Shown here: positions 1 to 14,674 of the stretch, in pieces
Layout: every line of letters begins with the position of its first letter
How positions within the stretch are numbered: position 1 is the first letter of the stretch
NCBI GenBank assembly: GCA_002245135.1
Contig: NGBS01001160.1
Span: forward strand, 620,001-684,000
DNA from: Proteromonas lacertae
Taxonomy: Eukaryota
Length of the DNA: 64,000 nt
Direction of reading: 5' to 3'
The notes under the pieces: model-generated
Databases searched by the model: none
What the model was told of the DNA's origin: nothing
The model's input: the letters and a program-made list of their open reading frames with translations, nothing else
Program-made: the position numbers and the translations under genes

Positions 1-1765
1 ATAATGAGAATATGTCAAAGATATTTAAAAAGTCATATAAATGATTCATTAATGATGGAGATATTACATTCTTTTGATGTAAAGAATGTGAAAGAGTTGA
101 AAGATATATGTGAAAAATACTTGATGAGAAAAGGATATAAATACTTAAACAATGGTATAAATATAGTATTTTATTCTTATAGATGAATTGTTGTTAAAGA
201 TGAATATTAGTAGTTTGGAATTGATATTATCAAATCGAAAACTGATAATAAAAGATGAGAATTGGTTATTAAATCGATTATTAAAATGGTACAAAAATAA
301 TAAAGTGTGTGAAGAAGAAGAAAATGAAGAATTTGTGAAAATGTTGAAAAAGTCAATTCATTTCAATGAATTAAAAGAAGAGGAAATAGATGAAGAAGAT
401 TTATTGGTATTAAGAGAGTTAAAAATAGAAATATATAATATTAATACAAATATTATTCATATTCCAATTAGTTTTGATGATATAAATAATGAAGAATTAA
501 TAGAAATGATTTATGAGTATTATGTTGAAGAAGAAAATGAAATAGAGTTAAATGAAAATCAAAAAGAAATATTGAATAAATCAAAAGAAGATTTAATGAA
601 ACTGTTAAACCATGAAGATATAAAAATGGTTGAAATAACATTAAATATTATAATGGAGATGAAGATAGAAGAAATAATACCAATCGAAATGAAGAACAAA
701 TTGTTATAGTAGAACTAATTGAATGGATATTAATGAAAGTAAAAGAAATCGAACAATGAAATGTTTATGTTTATTTGTTAGTGATAAAAAACACATTTCA
801 ACAATTGAAGTTTTTTGTGGAAAAGAAATTCTTTTTAATTTATTGAATGAAGTATGTTATTTTAATCCCAAATCAAAAGAATTGTTGATCGAATATGTTC
901 AAAAGATAAAATTAAATGAAAAAGAAGAAGAATTGAATAGAATAATAAATGATAAAGAATTATTAGAAGAATTAAAAACGAAAAAGATAAAATCATTCTC
1001 ATATCCTCAATCAGAATATTTGTTTTCTGTTTATGAAGAAATGTCAATAATTCCTTCATTTGATGGAACAAAATGTGAGTTTTCAATAAATCCATCATTA
1101 CCTGATGGAATAATGATAGATAAAGAAAATGGAATAATTCATGGAAAAGTGAATAAAGAAATCGAAAAGAGAGAATATGAAATAACTTGCAAGAATATTC
1201 GAAATGAAAAGAAATTCAAAATATCATTAGAATTTGTGGAAATTAAATACACAGAATTAAACAAATGTAAAGGAATAACAATATCAAATAATGGAAAAAT
1301 AATAGAACAAACATTCAGGAGTGTGTAATCATTGTTATTTAAAATTGAAAATGGAAAATGGAATTTATCATATTAAAATCAAATATTTGAAAACTTGAGT
1401 GATAGTTGTAATGGTTATATGTATTTAGGATTATCAACTAATAATACATATTCTGGTATACAGATTTATAATCAACCAAACAACTTGTAATTATGTTGCA
1501 TGGAATGCTAAAAGTCATGATATTACTGATGATTGTTATATTGGAACAGTTGTTAATAATAATCCAAATATCAATAATCATGGAGAAGGATCAATTTATG
1601 AAATGATTGTTGATATGAATAAAAGAGAATTTTGGATAAGTCATAAAGATTCATCTCCTGTTTTACTTGTTAAAGATTTACCTTCTCCATTATATTCCAT
1701 ATTCAGCATTTTATTGTTGTGAAGGTAATAAACATGAATTACTTTCAGTTTCTCATGAAGATTAA
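1..1765 (+). pseudogene. BTB/BACK-like + putative Ig (He_PIG) + B30.2/SPRY-like protein, 5'-truncated by the window edge, several frameshifts
   Basis: ORFs 4-186, 188-709 and 723-1328 plus fragments to TAA 1763-1765 read as one protein. BACK-like LELILSNRKLIIKDENWLL..LLKW; He_PIG-like FSINPSLPDGIMIDKENGIIHG; SPRY-like tail GSIYEMIVDMNKREFWISH..LPSPLY. One ~30-nt GT-AG intron near 154-182; frameshifts near 705-722, 1315, 1400, 1480 and 1715 (pseudogene or assembly errors). Confidence 0.55.
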
Positions 1766-1839
1766 CTCAATTCTACTATTTTTATGTTATTTTATGAATA
1801 AAAAATATAAAACAAATATCAAAACAAATAACTCAACAT

Positions 1840-4800
1840 CTATAACCATGATGTTAAACCATAATATTGTATTCCTAACACAGCACTATCACTTGATAAT
1901 TCTACTAATGTGTGAATCTGTTTCTTTACATCTTTATATTCACCAGTTATTTCATTATTATGCAATAAAATATTTTCTATTCCTTTTGGATATTCTCTTC
2001 TTCCTTTCAATTCACTAATTAATACATTTATTGGATTTTCATTATTCAATTTTCTTTCTACTATCTTTAGTTTAGTATTACTATTGTTATTATTATCTGA
2101 TTTTTTATCAACTCTATCTTCCCAATCGATTAATGGATCTTTCAAAAATATATCCAATATTCTCAATAACAATTCCTTTTCACCGCTTAAACTATACATT
2201 ATCTCACTCATTATCAATTCTATCACATTCTTACTATCAAATGGTTTGAATATATTCATTAATTCAGGAGTTAAACGAATAGGGATTGTCTCAGGTATTG
2301 GTAATTGTGTTCCAAAGCCAAATGAACATCCAAAATCAATACTTACCAACGAACATCTTTCAATATCCAATAAGAAATTACCCAAATGTCTATCACCAAT
2401 TCCTAGTATATAATTACTTATATTTATTACACTTATATCTTTCATTAATTCATTTCGATTTACTAAATATGATTCACATCCGATACTTAGTTTCTTTATA
2501 TATTCATTTAATAAATCATTACTGCACAGCTTTACACATTCTTTATAATTATCTTCAATATCTTTTATGTTACTTTTTGCATATAATAATGAATATTTAT
2601 CATTATAATTTGTTTTTAACCATTTTCTATACTTCTCCATTGCAGGAAATTGGAATGTTGTGATTTTATCAACTTTTCTTCTTATTCTATAATTAATTAA
2701 TAATTATTATTATATTTATATATACGCATATTGACTTTCAATTATGGATGATAATGGAATTGTATTATTTACCCATTCTAATAAACCAATAAATGGAGTC
2801 ATTGCTATTACATTATATGTTTTGATTAACAAATTCTTTTCTTTACATTCATTATTCTTTTTCAATATGTTATTTATAACCATATATATTTCTTCAATTC
2901 TAGAATCTAATCTTAAATCTTCACCTCCTTTTACTAAGTATTTATACTCATTATAATCATTTCCTCTCATTATTATTCTCTTAGGTAATTGCTTAGATTC
3001 CATTACTAATAAATATGGATTGAATGACACAATATATCTCTCCTCAGATAATTCAGGTGATAAACTATTATTATTCGAACCAGGTATATTGATATGCAAT
3101 TTCTCACTTCCATAATCGCAATAATTACTCAAATATAGACTATAATCGATTAATGCATTACTTCCTCTCTTTATATTCAACCCTAATGGAGGTTTTTGAC
3201 CTAATATATAGATTTGTCTTCTCACTGAATCTATTAACTCTACAGTTAATGGTTTTATATTATTTGCATTATTACCAAACTCTTTCTTTATTATTACTGA
3301 TAATTGCTATTAATATTATATATATATATATATAAGAAAGTTTATTAATACCTGTTTCCAGTTGGTATTGTATTTACCATTATCCATATCACATATTCCA
3401 TCAACTATATCACTATACAACAACTTCATCAATTTCTTTGCTTTTTCATGATTATTTGAATCTACTAACTTACTTACCTGTCTTAATATATCCAATACTC
3501 TTAAATGAGGATGATGTAATTGATGGAAATTGTTCACTATTCTTGTAAATAGTCCATACTTCAATTTGGATTTAACTTTGTTTAATTTGATCTTTACATC
3601 TTCATTCAGATTATCTTCACTAACCATTATTGCATATACTAAACTTTGACTATTAAATTCACATAAATTCTCAAATATTTTGATTATTATATCACATAAT
3701 TTAGTATTTAATAAACCAACCAATTGAGATTCCCATTTCAAATAATACCACTGTGGAAATATATTATACTCTTCAAATATCTTTATCAACTCTTCATCAT
3801 TATCATCATTATTCTCTAATATATATCCAAATACTCTCAGTAAGTAATTTCGAGCATATTCATTTCCATAGATTATAGATTTCATTATATTCTCTATATA
3901 TAGTTTAATATATCTATATCGAGTATATTCATCAATTTTGATCTTTTCATTATTCAATATATAATCACAGAATAAAGCATACTCATATGTCAATTTACTT
4001 TCATCTTTCTTGTTAGTTCCTATACTATTTAATGCATTATTATAACACTTTGATATTGTTGAAATTGTATTGTCAATTTCATTTGTATTTTCCCCATCAT
4101 ATAATATTAAACTTGTATATAATACACTTCCACTTATCATATTGTATTTTACATATTTTTCTTTACTTATTTCATCATTATTATCATTCAAATCAATAGT
4201 TCCCCAATCTTTTGTTTCTAATACACTTTTACATTTCTCAATTAACTTAAAGTCTTTATTTTTAATTGCTTTATACTTCAGTATATCAATAACACCTTCA
4301 AATGCTTTTAATTCTTTAATATTATTGTCATCTTCATATTCTGAATATTCTTTTATATATAACTGAGCTACACTTGTACAACCATTATTCAAAGCATTCT
4401 TATACCCTTTATATATTGTTTTTATCAAACTATCTTCTAAATTTGGAAATGTATTACATAATCGATCATTATAACACTTTCTATTGAATATTATTCCTTC
4501 CCATGTATCTATTTTATCTTCAACTATCTTTGGGAATGTATTATTCCATTTTCTTATCAATTCATTTTCTATATCAGATTTTTCTTCACTTCTTCTATTA
4601 CTTTCTCTTTCTGTGTTTATTATATCTCTCAATTCACTTATTCGTTGTAATTGCTCTAATATTGTCAGTTTTGATTTGGTTGATAATTGATGTAATGAAC
4701 TCCATTCTTCTAAGAATAAATCCAATATTTCATCAGTTCGAGCCAAACATCTATCCAAATCATTTGATAAATAATGATAAACAGCCAAATCAATTGGTAA

Positions 4801-7800
4801 AATATGAAATAGTTGAGATATATTATTATGATTGTTATTGATAAATTGAGTCAATAGAATCAGACTTTCTTCACCTCCTTTTCTTAACAAACTCTTCACA
4901 TAATAAGGAATCATATATTGATTCTCATTATTCCACAATTGACTGACATTATTATCAACTTCACTGTTTATATTATCCAATAGATTATCCCATTGTTGAA
5001 GTTCAAACATGCAATGCAATCTTTCTTTATACCAACAATCTGTTTCTATTACATTTGGAACTATTCCATCATCCCAATTATTCTCTTCTAATTGATCTAA
5101 ACATTCTTCGTATGTATTTAATGCATCTGAATAGTTACCTTGAATTTCGTAATCTAATGCATTTACTGTTAGTAACTTTGAACACCATTGTGATTGGATT
5201 GTTAATAATAAGTCTCTTTCATCTAAATTTTGATATAATTTGTATAATTGACACCATATGTTGATTCTATCATCTATAGAGATTCTGTTATTTGGATTTT
5301 GAAGTATTGTTTCTAATACTAATATTCCATTATTTATTACTTTTGTGTTTAATGCGATTGTTGTTAAATATGAGTAATTCAATGATGCTATTGGTTGGAA
5401 GACTTGAATCATGTTGAACAACGCATTAACAAATGATGGACTTGTATATAATACATTTATTTGTTCAGATAATTTGTTTAATAATTCATTATACTTATCA
5501 TTATTTCTATTCACTTCATTACCATCATTATACAATGAAGTAATATATTTCTCAAACACTAGGTTTGACAGAATTGGATCTCTCTGCACTAATGCTATTA
5601 ATGGATCTATAATATCACATAGACTAATATTCAAATCAGGCAATTCTCCATCTCTATATGTTCTATACAATTTCACTCTTTTACTAATCTCTTCAGTTTC
5701 TATTATTGAATGTGATCTTTCTTTTCTCTTTTGTTGTTGATTTATCAATATATAATTATCAGAATTCATTTTCTCTTTTCTAAATCTCATCTTTGGTGGT
5801 GGCATTAATGCACTTTCTAAATCATTAGGTATTTTCTGTTGTGGATCATAATTATTATTATTCATTAGTTGATTTCTTTGAGTGTAAAGTGGTGTATTTA
5901 ATGCTTCCATTGCTGATTGTGTTGGATTGTATATAAATCCTTCTTCGCCAATTTGTGTTATACTCTGACTCCACCATGCCGATTGTGATTGAGTATTTCT
6001 AATTGCCATTATCTATGTAAATAAATATATAATAATTATTATACACTATCTTGTGATAATTGACTTTGAGTCCATGAACTATTAATTGATATTGGTTTAT
6101 ACTCACATTCAGTGGGAGAGTGGAACAATTCATTCTTATAATTAGCTGTATGTGAAAATAACTTCAATAATAATGGTGTACTATATTTAATCCAATTATC
6201 TTGACATTTATCTAATGGCAGTTTAGTCAATAAATCAAATAATCTATTTAAATGACTTTCACTATTACAGTAATTCTCATCTAAAAATGAAAATATCATT
6301 TCTTCAACTTTATCATTATCATCATTCAATCCACTTCAACAATATTTCTGATATAATAGTCTTCAATCTATCTTCATTCAATTGATTATAAAACCATATT
6401 AACAACTCATAGAATTTGATTCTAATTGACTCATTTTCATGTTTTTTAATTCCAATTATTGATAATTCACTATTATCAAAGTAACACATATAATCCTTTT
6501 CTTCTTTCGTCATTAACATTGGAATGAATACTTTGAATTGATCTAATAAATATAATATTACATTTGGATCACTATCTCTTATTAATTGAGGTATAATTCT
6601 TTTTAATAAACTACAACATTCACTATCTTTATATAATTCATCATGAATAGATTCATATAGGTTGATTCTATTTGTTCCTTGAACATTATTGGAGGATAAC
6701 ATTGTATATGAATATTCTAATAAACTGTGATTCAATAATTTTGGATAATGAGCTATACATTTGTTTATTATTGAACTGAATTTATCATAATTCCTTTCAG
6801 CAAATAAATCCATTAAATATTGACTTATCATTTGAGGTAATTGATCAAGTTTAAATTCATACTGTTTTACTGATAAAGCTGCAATTTCTGAAGCTAATAA
6901 ATATTCATCCTTTATATTTGACTTTATTGAAGTCATTAAACCTTTCATGAATGTAGGAATATCAAATGATGAAACTGGTCCAATAATTTCACAATTTAGC
7001 TGTAAGAAACAACCAAAATAACAGTAAACCACTTCGTTTAACAATATGTACAAATGTAGCATCGTCTTTATCTAATAAACTAAGTGGAACAGTATAATCT
7101 AATGTTAATTCAGGTATATATTTACTCCATTTAGTTAAGAGGTTTTTTAATATTTTAACATTACATAAAACAACACTTTGTCTTGTATATGGAATACAAT
7201 TGATTAAATGATTGATAAAACCATTAACATATGTTAATTGTATTGATGAAGTAAAATTACAATCCCATTCTGATAATATTAAACATAAATCTCTCATAAT
7301 ATAATGAAAACTATTATTCTTATTATTCTCTTTATCAATATCTAATAAACACTGCATCAATGGAATAACCAAATGTTGAGCATATTTGGAGAAAAGTTTT
7401 GGTCTATTCAATATAATTTTCATTATAAAGAATCTTGTTTGTAAAGAAGCAGATGAATCTGATAGTTTAATAATCCAATTATCCAACCATATTGGTGGAT
7501 TTACCCAACTACTGGAGAATTTCATATAAACATGATCAATAATCTGTAACATAGCAACCATTGAATAAGTATTGTTAATAGGATCTAATTCAATATAATT
7601 ACCATAATTATTCTTTGGTATTTGATTATTACTATCATTTGATTCTGTTTTATTAATATTTGTTTCTACTTGTGATGCTAAGGAAGAACCAACTAAATAT
7701 TGACTTAGAAATGATTGAGTAGAATAACTATTATTTGGTTTAGTATAACTACTTCTCATATTGGTTATAACATTATTCCATTCTTCAGATTGATATTCAG

Positions 7801-10800
7801 TTTCAACTTCAAATTCTAATGGAACAGACGGAGAAACATTATCCCACAAACATTCACCTTTCATTTGATCTTCTTTAAACACTAAACCATCATAAAACTT
7901 CTGTTCTGTTTGTGTATTTCTTACAACTGTTGCTAAACAATCAAATGCATAAACTGTGTATTCTTTATATAGTTTATCTTCTGGAGCTTTAGTTACAGCA
8001 CTTTGTCTTCCTTTTGAACATAATAATCGAGTAATTTCATTACCTTTGGAATTCATACCTGCATAATGTTGACATAAATCTTTTCTAATTTGTTCTGGTG
8101 TTAAAACATCATAAATCACACTTAATAGTTTAAATGAAAAGATTTTGGATGGTAATATTGGTTGATAATCAGCCATTGGGATTGTCTGTTCTATTATGTT
8201 TAATGCATATTGTATCAATGAAACTTTATTACCATTATTCTCAATAAAAGGAGTTGTTATAATATCAAGTAATAGATTATTATCTAATTTCATTAATAAT
8301 GGAAATATGATGTATTTATGTAATAATTGAATATAATGAATTGCATCTGATGAATTTGTTAATAAATTGATATAATAGTGTAGCAATATCAATATGGATG
8401 TCTTTTCACGTTTTATTGATTTAGACAAATGTATAAATGATGATATGATTTGATTCAAATCAATATGATTCTCTTCATTACATGTCAATCTTAACAAATC
8501 AAACAATAATGGCGAACCTGTTTGAATTAATAATAATAATAGATTCTGTAATGTTGTTGTATATTTGATATATAAGACACTACCAACAGTTAATTCTGAT
8601 GTACTTAATGGAAAGTACTTTTCAGCTACAAGCAATAATAAATCATATATATTATCTTCAAATTCATTATTCTGAATTGTATCTAATGTATAATTCAATT
8701 TACTTGTATGAACAATTCCTCTAATGATATATGGCACAATATCTAAGAACATTTTTACATCTGTTGGATTTATATCTGGTTGTTTCATGAATCTCTCTAA
8801 TGATGAATAAATAGAAGACCAAAATGAAGATGGTATAGTTGATATTGAATATAACTTCATAGTTGCTGATATTATAGAAATGAATATTTTCAATGAAGTC
8901 ATATCAGAAGATGATGCTGAAACTGTTAGTATTTGTGGAAATGTATTAATCCATATATCTTTAAAATAATTGGGTGGATTTGGTAAAGTACTTAAGTAGT
9001 TTAATACAGCAGTTAATATCACACAAATTCTATTAAAATGAGTTGTAATATGGCATAACAAATAGGAGATATTATCTTTGCATTTATCTTCAATTATAAA
9101 CAGTTTTATCCATTCTTTAGATATTTCTGAATGTAAATAGTTATTCTGAAATATATCATCACCACAATTAATCATTGTATCTAATAAACCATTTTGAATA
9201 TTCAATTTAAAACCACAATAATAGGATAATGACAATAAATCACCTGCAAACACATACATTTCATCAGAACAATCTTTAGACAATGAAAATACTTGAATTA
9301 CTAACTTTGAACCATATTCTTCAATATTATTAATATTTGTAAATAATCCAATCTTACCTAATGAAACTAATCCTTTTATTAATCGATGACAAGCAAATAA
9401 TGAATCAGGTAAATGCTTAATATCCCATTGAGACACAATAGGCAATAGCTTATTCAATTTATCATTGAAATATGACTTGATTTGATATGAATATTGTGAT
9501 TGAACTAAAGCTTGAGTGAATAAATGAGCTGATGCTAATAATGGTGTATTACTGTAATGCCAAAACTCTAAGAAACCTAACACCTTTGGATTAACAATAG
9601 AATACCATATATTTAGTAATAATAATTCATTTATGATATGATTCAACGAAATCATCGGATAATTCACTAATAAGGATGATAAAAATCCATACAATCTTCT
9701 AAAACATTCTGCTCTTAATTGTCCAATTTGATCAACTTGATTGGGTGAACAAAATGGAAATAATTCACTAAATGATATGTTATTAGTAGGAAACATATTT
9801 AAGAAATAAGCACAATAATCTAATACATGACAAATTTGATTAGATTCTATTACATCACCTGAATTATTTCTCTTTTTAGAATCACTTGAATTATCTGGTT
9901 CAAATAATAAAGATATATCACATAATTCCATTTGAATTAACCATTGATAACAATCTAATATTCCACCAAATCTACTTAACCATTTCATTATATCATTACA
10001 CACATTTGTGTTATTTATATCAAATGGTGATAATATATCACCTTCAATTAACTCTCTAAATCCTTTAATAGAATGTTCTCGAATATAATTCGCTATATAT
10101 ATATTTGGATTTGTTTCTATTTGTGAAAATAAATCAATACATTCTCTTCTATAATCAGTTTCACCACTTGAAACACCTTCTAATAATATTGGAGTAATAT
10201 CTCCAATTCCATTTACATATTTATTTCTCTCTCTATTGGTTTGTTTTAATGTATTAAACACTTCTCTTTTTAATATTATTTTCTTATAATGACTGATTGC
10301 TTCTATACATTTCTTATTCGTTGTCAATCCAATTTTATCTAAATGTGATAATCTTAAAGATAATAACAAAGTCATTAATATTTCCAAACAGGATAAATCA
10401 ATCAATTGTAATTCTTCTCTGTATGTTCTATAGATCATTGAAAATGTTGTAACAGAACCAAGTCTTTTGTAAGGATCAGAATGAGTACATAATAACAATA
10501 ACCTTCTTAATAAAGAATCAAATTGAATAATATCTAATTTTATCTTTCTAGAACTTCTTTGCTTTATTGACCATTTTAAAAACTCTGAATAAGCAATTGA
10601 ACCGTAATTACGTAATGCACCATTTGTTTTATCACCTAATGCTTCTGTAATACAATCAATTAAGATAATTGTATCTTCTTCATTTCCTCTGCCACTAGAA
10701 AACCAATGAATTAATTGCATTGTTAATGGTTGAAACAGTTGTTTTGACACACTTTCTAAATCTACAGATAATTGCAACAATCCAGTAAATAAAGGTTTTA

Positions 10801-13800
10801 ATACATTACCATGAACTGATTTAGTGGAATTCATTGAATCACCAATTATATAAATAATAACACTATGCAGAAACTCACTACTTGCTACTTTGACTTGCCT
10901 ATTCGTAGATTTCTTTGCTAAATCCAATACTCTTGGGATAATAATCGTCAATGGAAATGATATTGTTTTTATATTATCACATGCTAATTGTATATTTAAT
11001 GATGATAAAGGATCCCATGATATATATTTAGGTATTATCTCTTTGATGTTTGGTATAATATATCTATTATTTCCTCCAATATGTCCTAATAATAACAAAA
11101 TTCGATGCTGTAAAGATCTATTACCAATACTTGACTTTATTACTTTATCTAATCGTTTTGAAGATTTTGTTGCTTTTTCTATATACAAATTAATAATTAT
11201 AATATTTATATTTATACCTTTTACTACTTCGTCTTGACTTTCATCTTTAGTAATTAAATAATTATGCAAAGGTTGTAACAATCTATAATAATCTTCTTCC
11301 CTTTCGATTTTATTGGATTGAACCAGTATCTCAGTCATATTCAGTACACTTTCCATTATATCTGCATTATTATAACCTCCTATTTCAAATCCTTTAATAA
11401 TTATTTCTATTTGACTATTGATTGACAAACATTCTATTGGAGCTAATAATAATGTATGTAAAATATTAACCAAAACTTCACTTTGATATTGTGTTAATGA
11501 TAATAATAACTCATTTAAGAATACTGTGAAATAATCTAAACATTGTTTTCTATATTATTAATTATATATTATAAAAATTATATAAATATTATACTTTTCA
11601 GAATGAGATTCTATATTGGTGAAATATTTCATTTTATTACACAATTCAAATACCAATTTAATCAATTGATAAAATCCAATAATCATTGGCAATAAATGCG
11701 ATTTCTGTATATATAATCTACCTAAAATTGGTATATAATCAAACAGAATATTAAACTTAATCATTGGATATATTGTGATATTGAAATGACATAAATTGGT
11801 AAAGAATAAATAATCTATTGGATTAGTGAATTTAATTGAATATGAATCACTATTAACAGTAGCAGTAGCAGTAGCAGTAGGTGCATTAGTAGTAGTTGTA
11901 GTTGTTGATGTTGTTGAGTTTGTTGTATTTACTGTATTATTCAGTGTATTATCTGTATTTTTGAAATCTTCGACTGTATAACTCAAATCAAGTGTATTTA
12001 TATAATTATTCATTGTTTCTATTATCTTACTACAAAACAATGAATATATTTCATCTAATATCTTTAAATCTTCTTCTTTACATATGTATTTCGTTTCTAC
12101 TTTTCTATTCATTATATCCATCATATCTTTCCAGTAATAAATGTATGGATTATATAAATATTTTGATTCACTTATATCAGATCCTTCTGGTGAATATCTT
12201 ATTGTGGATAATAAACTATTAGTCAACTATTTATATAAATAAATAAATAAAATATAATTATATAAATACAATAAATTCTCTTAGATCATATTCAATATCA
12301 CTCCATTTATAAACAGAAATCAATAATTTCAATATTGTAATTGAGAATATTTCTATATCTCTTGATATCATATATGGTAATGACAATAACTGACTGGTTA
12401 TTAATGTTTTCATATGATCTAAACATTGAGCTGGAGGTGTTTCATTTGTTAATATGTTTATTATATTGGCATAGGCTAATAAGATATTATTATTCGATTT
12501 TCTTGTAGAATAATCATTACTATTATTGTTTGAATTATTATTGGATTCTACTGTAAATTGAGTACAATTATATATCTTTAATAAACACTATTTATAATAA
12601 TAATAATATATATATATAATACAGGATATAATAAATTAGGTGAATATTTTGATAATGGTATACACATCTCTCTTATTCCAGTAATACCTATTCTTCTATT
12701 CATTTCACTACTTGCATCTTGTAATAAACCTAAAAATGAACTATTATAGTAATTCAACAAAGAAGCAGCTTCTTCTTGTGGTAAATTAGAAATTCTTTCA
12801 CTTAACTATTGAAAAAATAATAACATTTATAATTTCAATATATATATATATATATATACACATGTAATAAAACTTTCAATAGCTGGAAATCCTAGTCTTT
12901 GTAACTTCACTGATTGTTTTTCACAACATAATAATAACAATTTAAACACGTATTGAGATTTAATAGTAATATATTCTTCAAATAAACCACAGTGATTTCT
13001 TATTAATTTCAGTGCAGAATATTGAACATAATATCGACTTAATCCAGCAGGAATTGAAATAGCAGTTTTAAATATATTCTCATATAACGATTTCATTGTA
13101 TTTTTATTGTTTATTATTACATCTTTTACATCAGATGAGAGTATATTACTTATACCTTTGATTGAACCACCTAATTCTTGAAATTTGGGATTTTTGATTG
13201 TAAAGTTTTTGGATATACATTTTAACAGTAAATCTGTTATATTTACCGTATTAAATTCCATTTCTTTTGGATAATATTCAATCAACATACCTAATACGTG
13301 ATATACTTTACCATTTACACTTTGACTTGATTTACCTATTCTCAAATCCCTCAATAACCATTCTGCTATTTCATTTATTGGACTAATCAAAACATCTATC
13401 AGGTGATGGCTAATTAAACGTTTAATTGGTTTTAAACTACTCTCTTTTACCATTGAGTCTTTTTCTTTCTTAAATACACTAAAACATACATCCATTATTC
13501 CAGTACTATGTTCATTAATTAACTCGGTATGTGTATTTATGTATTTGGATATAAAACATAATACCAATTTTCTTACTTTTGCAAGATCTTTTATATTTAT
13601 ATTCTGGGGAGTAGTAGTTTCCTGCAAAAAATGGAGTAAATCTGGTGGATTGCTTGAATGGAACAAAGTGTAATTGAAAAGGGCTAATAAAAATATATAT
13701 TCACTATATATACCTAATCTGGCATTATCAATTCTCTCTACTAAGGTAATCTTTTCAATTTGTTTGACTAATGCTTCAGCATCACATATTATGTTTGTAT

Positions 13801-13870
13801 CACCTATCAATTTATCCAAATTCCTTAAACATGAAGATAATTCTTCAATTTCGGGTATTTCTTTAACCAT
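1840..13870 (-). CDS. PRKDC: DNA-dependent protein kinase catalytic subunit (PIKK family), multi-exon
   Basis: Kinase motifs SKQLPKRI, YLVKGGEDLRLDSRIE, YILGIGDRHLGNFL, IDFGCSFG, LPIPETIPIRLTPE; FATC end LGIQYYGLTSWL; DNA-PKcs-typical LYRTYRDGELPDLNI, RQVKVASSEFLH and HSDPYKRLG. ORFs 12827-13870, 12578-12760, 11558-12226, 6989-11473, 6322-7062, 6039-6329, 3316-6009, 2716-3225 and 1840-2640 are joined by short GT-AG introns; two apparent +1 frameshifts (~7016, ~6335). Confidence 0.93.
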
Positions 13871-13984
13871 TTTGGAAAGGCGGGATTTTTGATTTTTCGA
13901 GCCAAATTAGATTTTTTATTCAAATTATTTTAGTGTATTATGTTATGCTAATTAATAACTGATATAAAATAATAGTACAGAGTA

Positions 13985-14004
13985 CAGAGTTTTTCGTTTT
14001 GTTC
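13985..14004 (+). repeat. Tc1/IS630-type terminal inverted repeat, left boundary of the island
   Basis: TA|CAGAGTTTTTCGTTTTGTTC matches the reverse complement of 57754-57773 (TA|CAGGGTTTTTCGTTTTGTTC) at 19/20. A similar subterminal motif (GATCTTGTGTTTTGGA vs GATCCTTGAGTTTTGGA) lies inside both ends. Confidence 0.7.
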
Positions 14005-14674
14005 CTTTTCTTCTGAAGTTGCTTAATAGGTTATAAAAGAGTTGGTTATTTTTTGTGTGTGTATTTTTTGGGATCTTGTGTTTTGGATATCCACTCAAAA
14101 TTTGGACACCCTATTTCTAGAGGTGTTTCAACCTCAATAATTATATTTATCTTGCTATAATCATAAAACTAAGCGTTTCTGAACTTATCTTTGTATTTCG
14201 TTAACTTTCAATTCACACATTATGACATTATTTTTAAAATTTGAGCACCTCATGGTCCAGACTATAGAGCATAATAACTGCATCTTGGATCTCCAATTTT
14301 ATTTATATATTATGATTATTGAATGAGAGTGCTCAAAAAATAACAAGAATCGAAACAAACATAAGTTTGATCATTTTTTCAATTTTTATTTTTTGAGCAC
14401 CTCTCCTATAGGAAGTAAGGGCTCAATATAATAATATATTATGTGTATATGATGATTATTAAACTTATTTATTTAATTGATTAATAATTGATTTATAGCA
14501 TAATAAAATAATACACATATGTAAATATTTATACTTTTATCAAACATATTTGTAAATATTTCTAATTATAAACATATAAAACACTAACAGATGTATATTT
14601 ATTTGTTACTCAATGATAATTTAACCTTTGTCTTAAAAATCAAATCAAAAATCCATAATAACATCAATGTGTCT

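Noticed and set aside
1800..1842. TATTTGTT motifs downstream of DNA-PKcs suggesting polyadenylation-created stop codons
   Set aside because: The gene has a genomic TAG stop; I found no clear stop-less gene in the window.
11860..11960. GCAGTA/GTA microsatellite-like tract
   Set aside because: Encodes a low-complexity Thr/Ala/Asn insert within DNA-PKcs.
2084..13892. Many short plus-strand ORFs overlapping DNA-PKcs, and similar antisense ORFs elsewhere
   Set aside because: Antisense shadows of real coding sequence with no motifs.
14221..14430. Repeated TTGAGCAC motif and small inverted repeat (~14326-14405)
   Set aside because: Probably a TE remnant; no ends, TSD or coding evidence.
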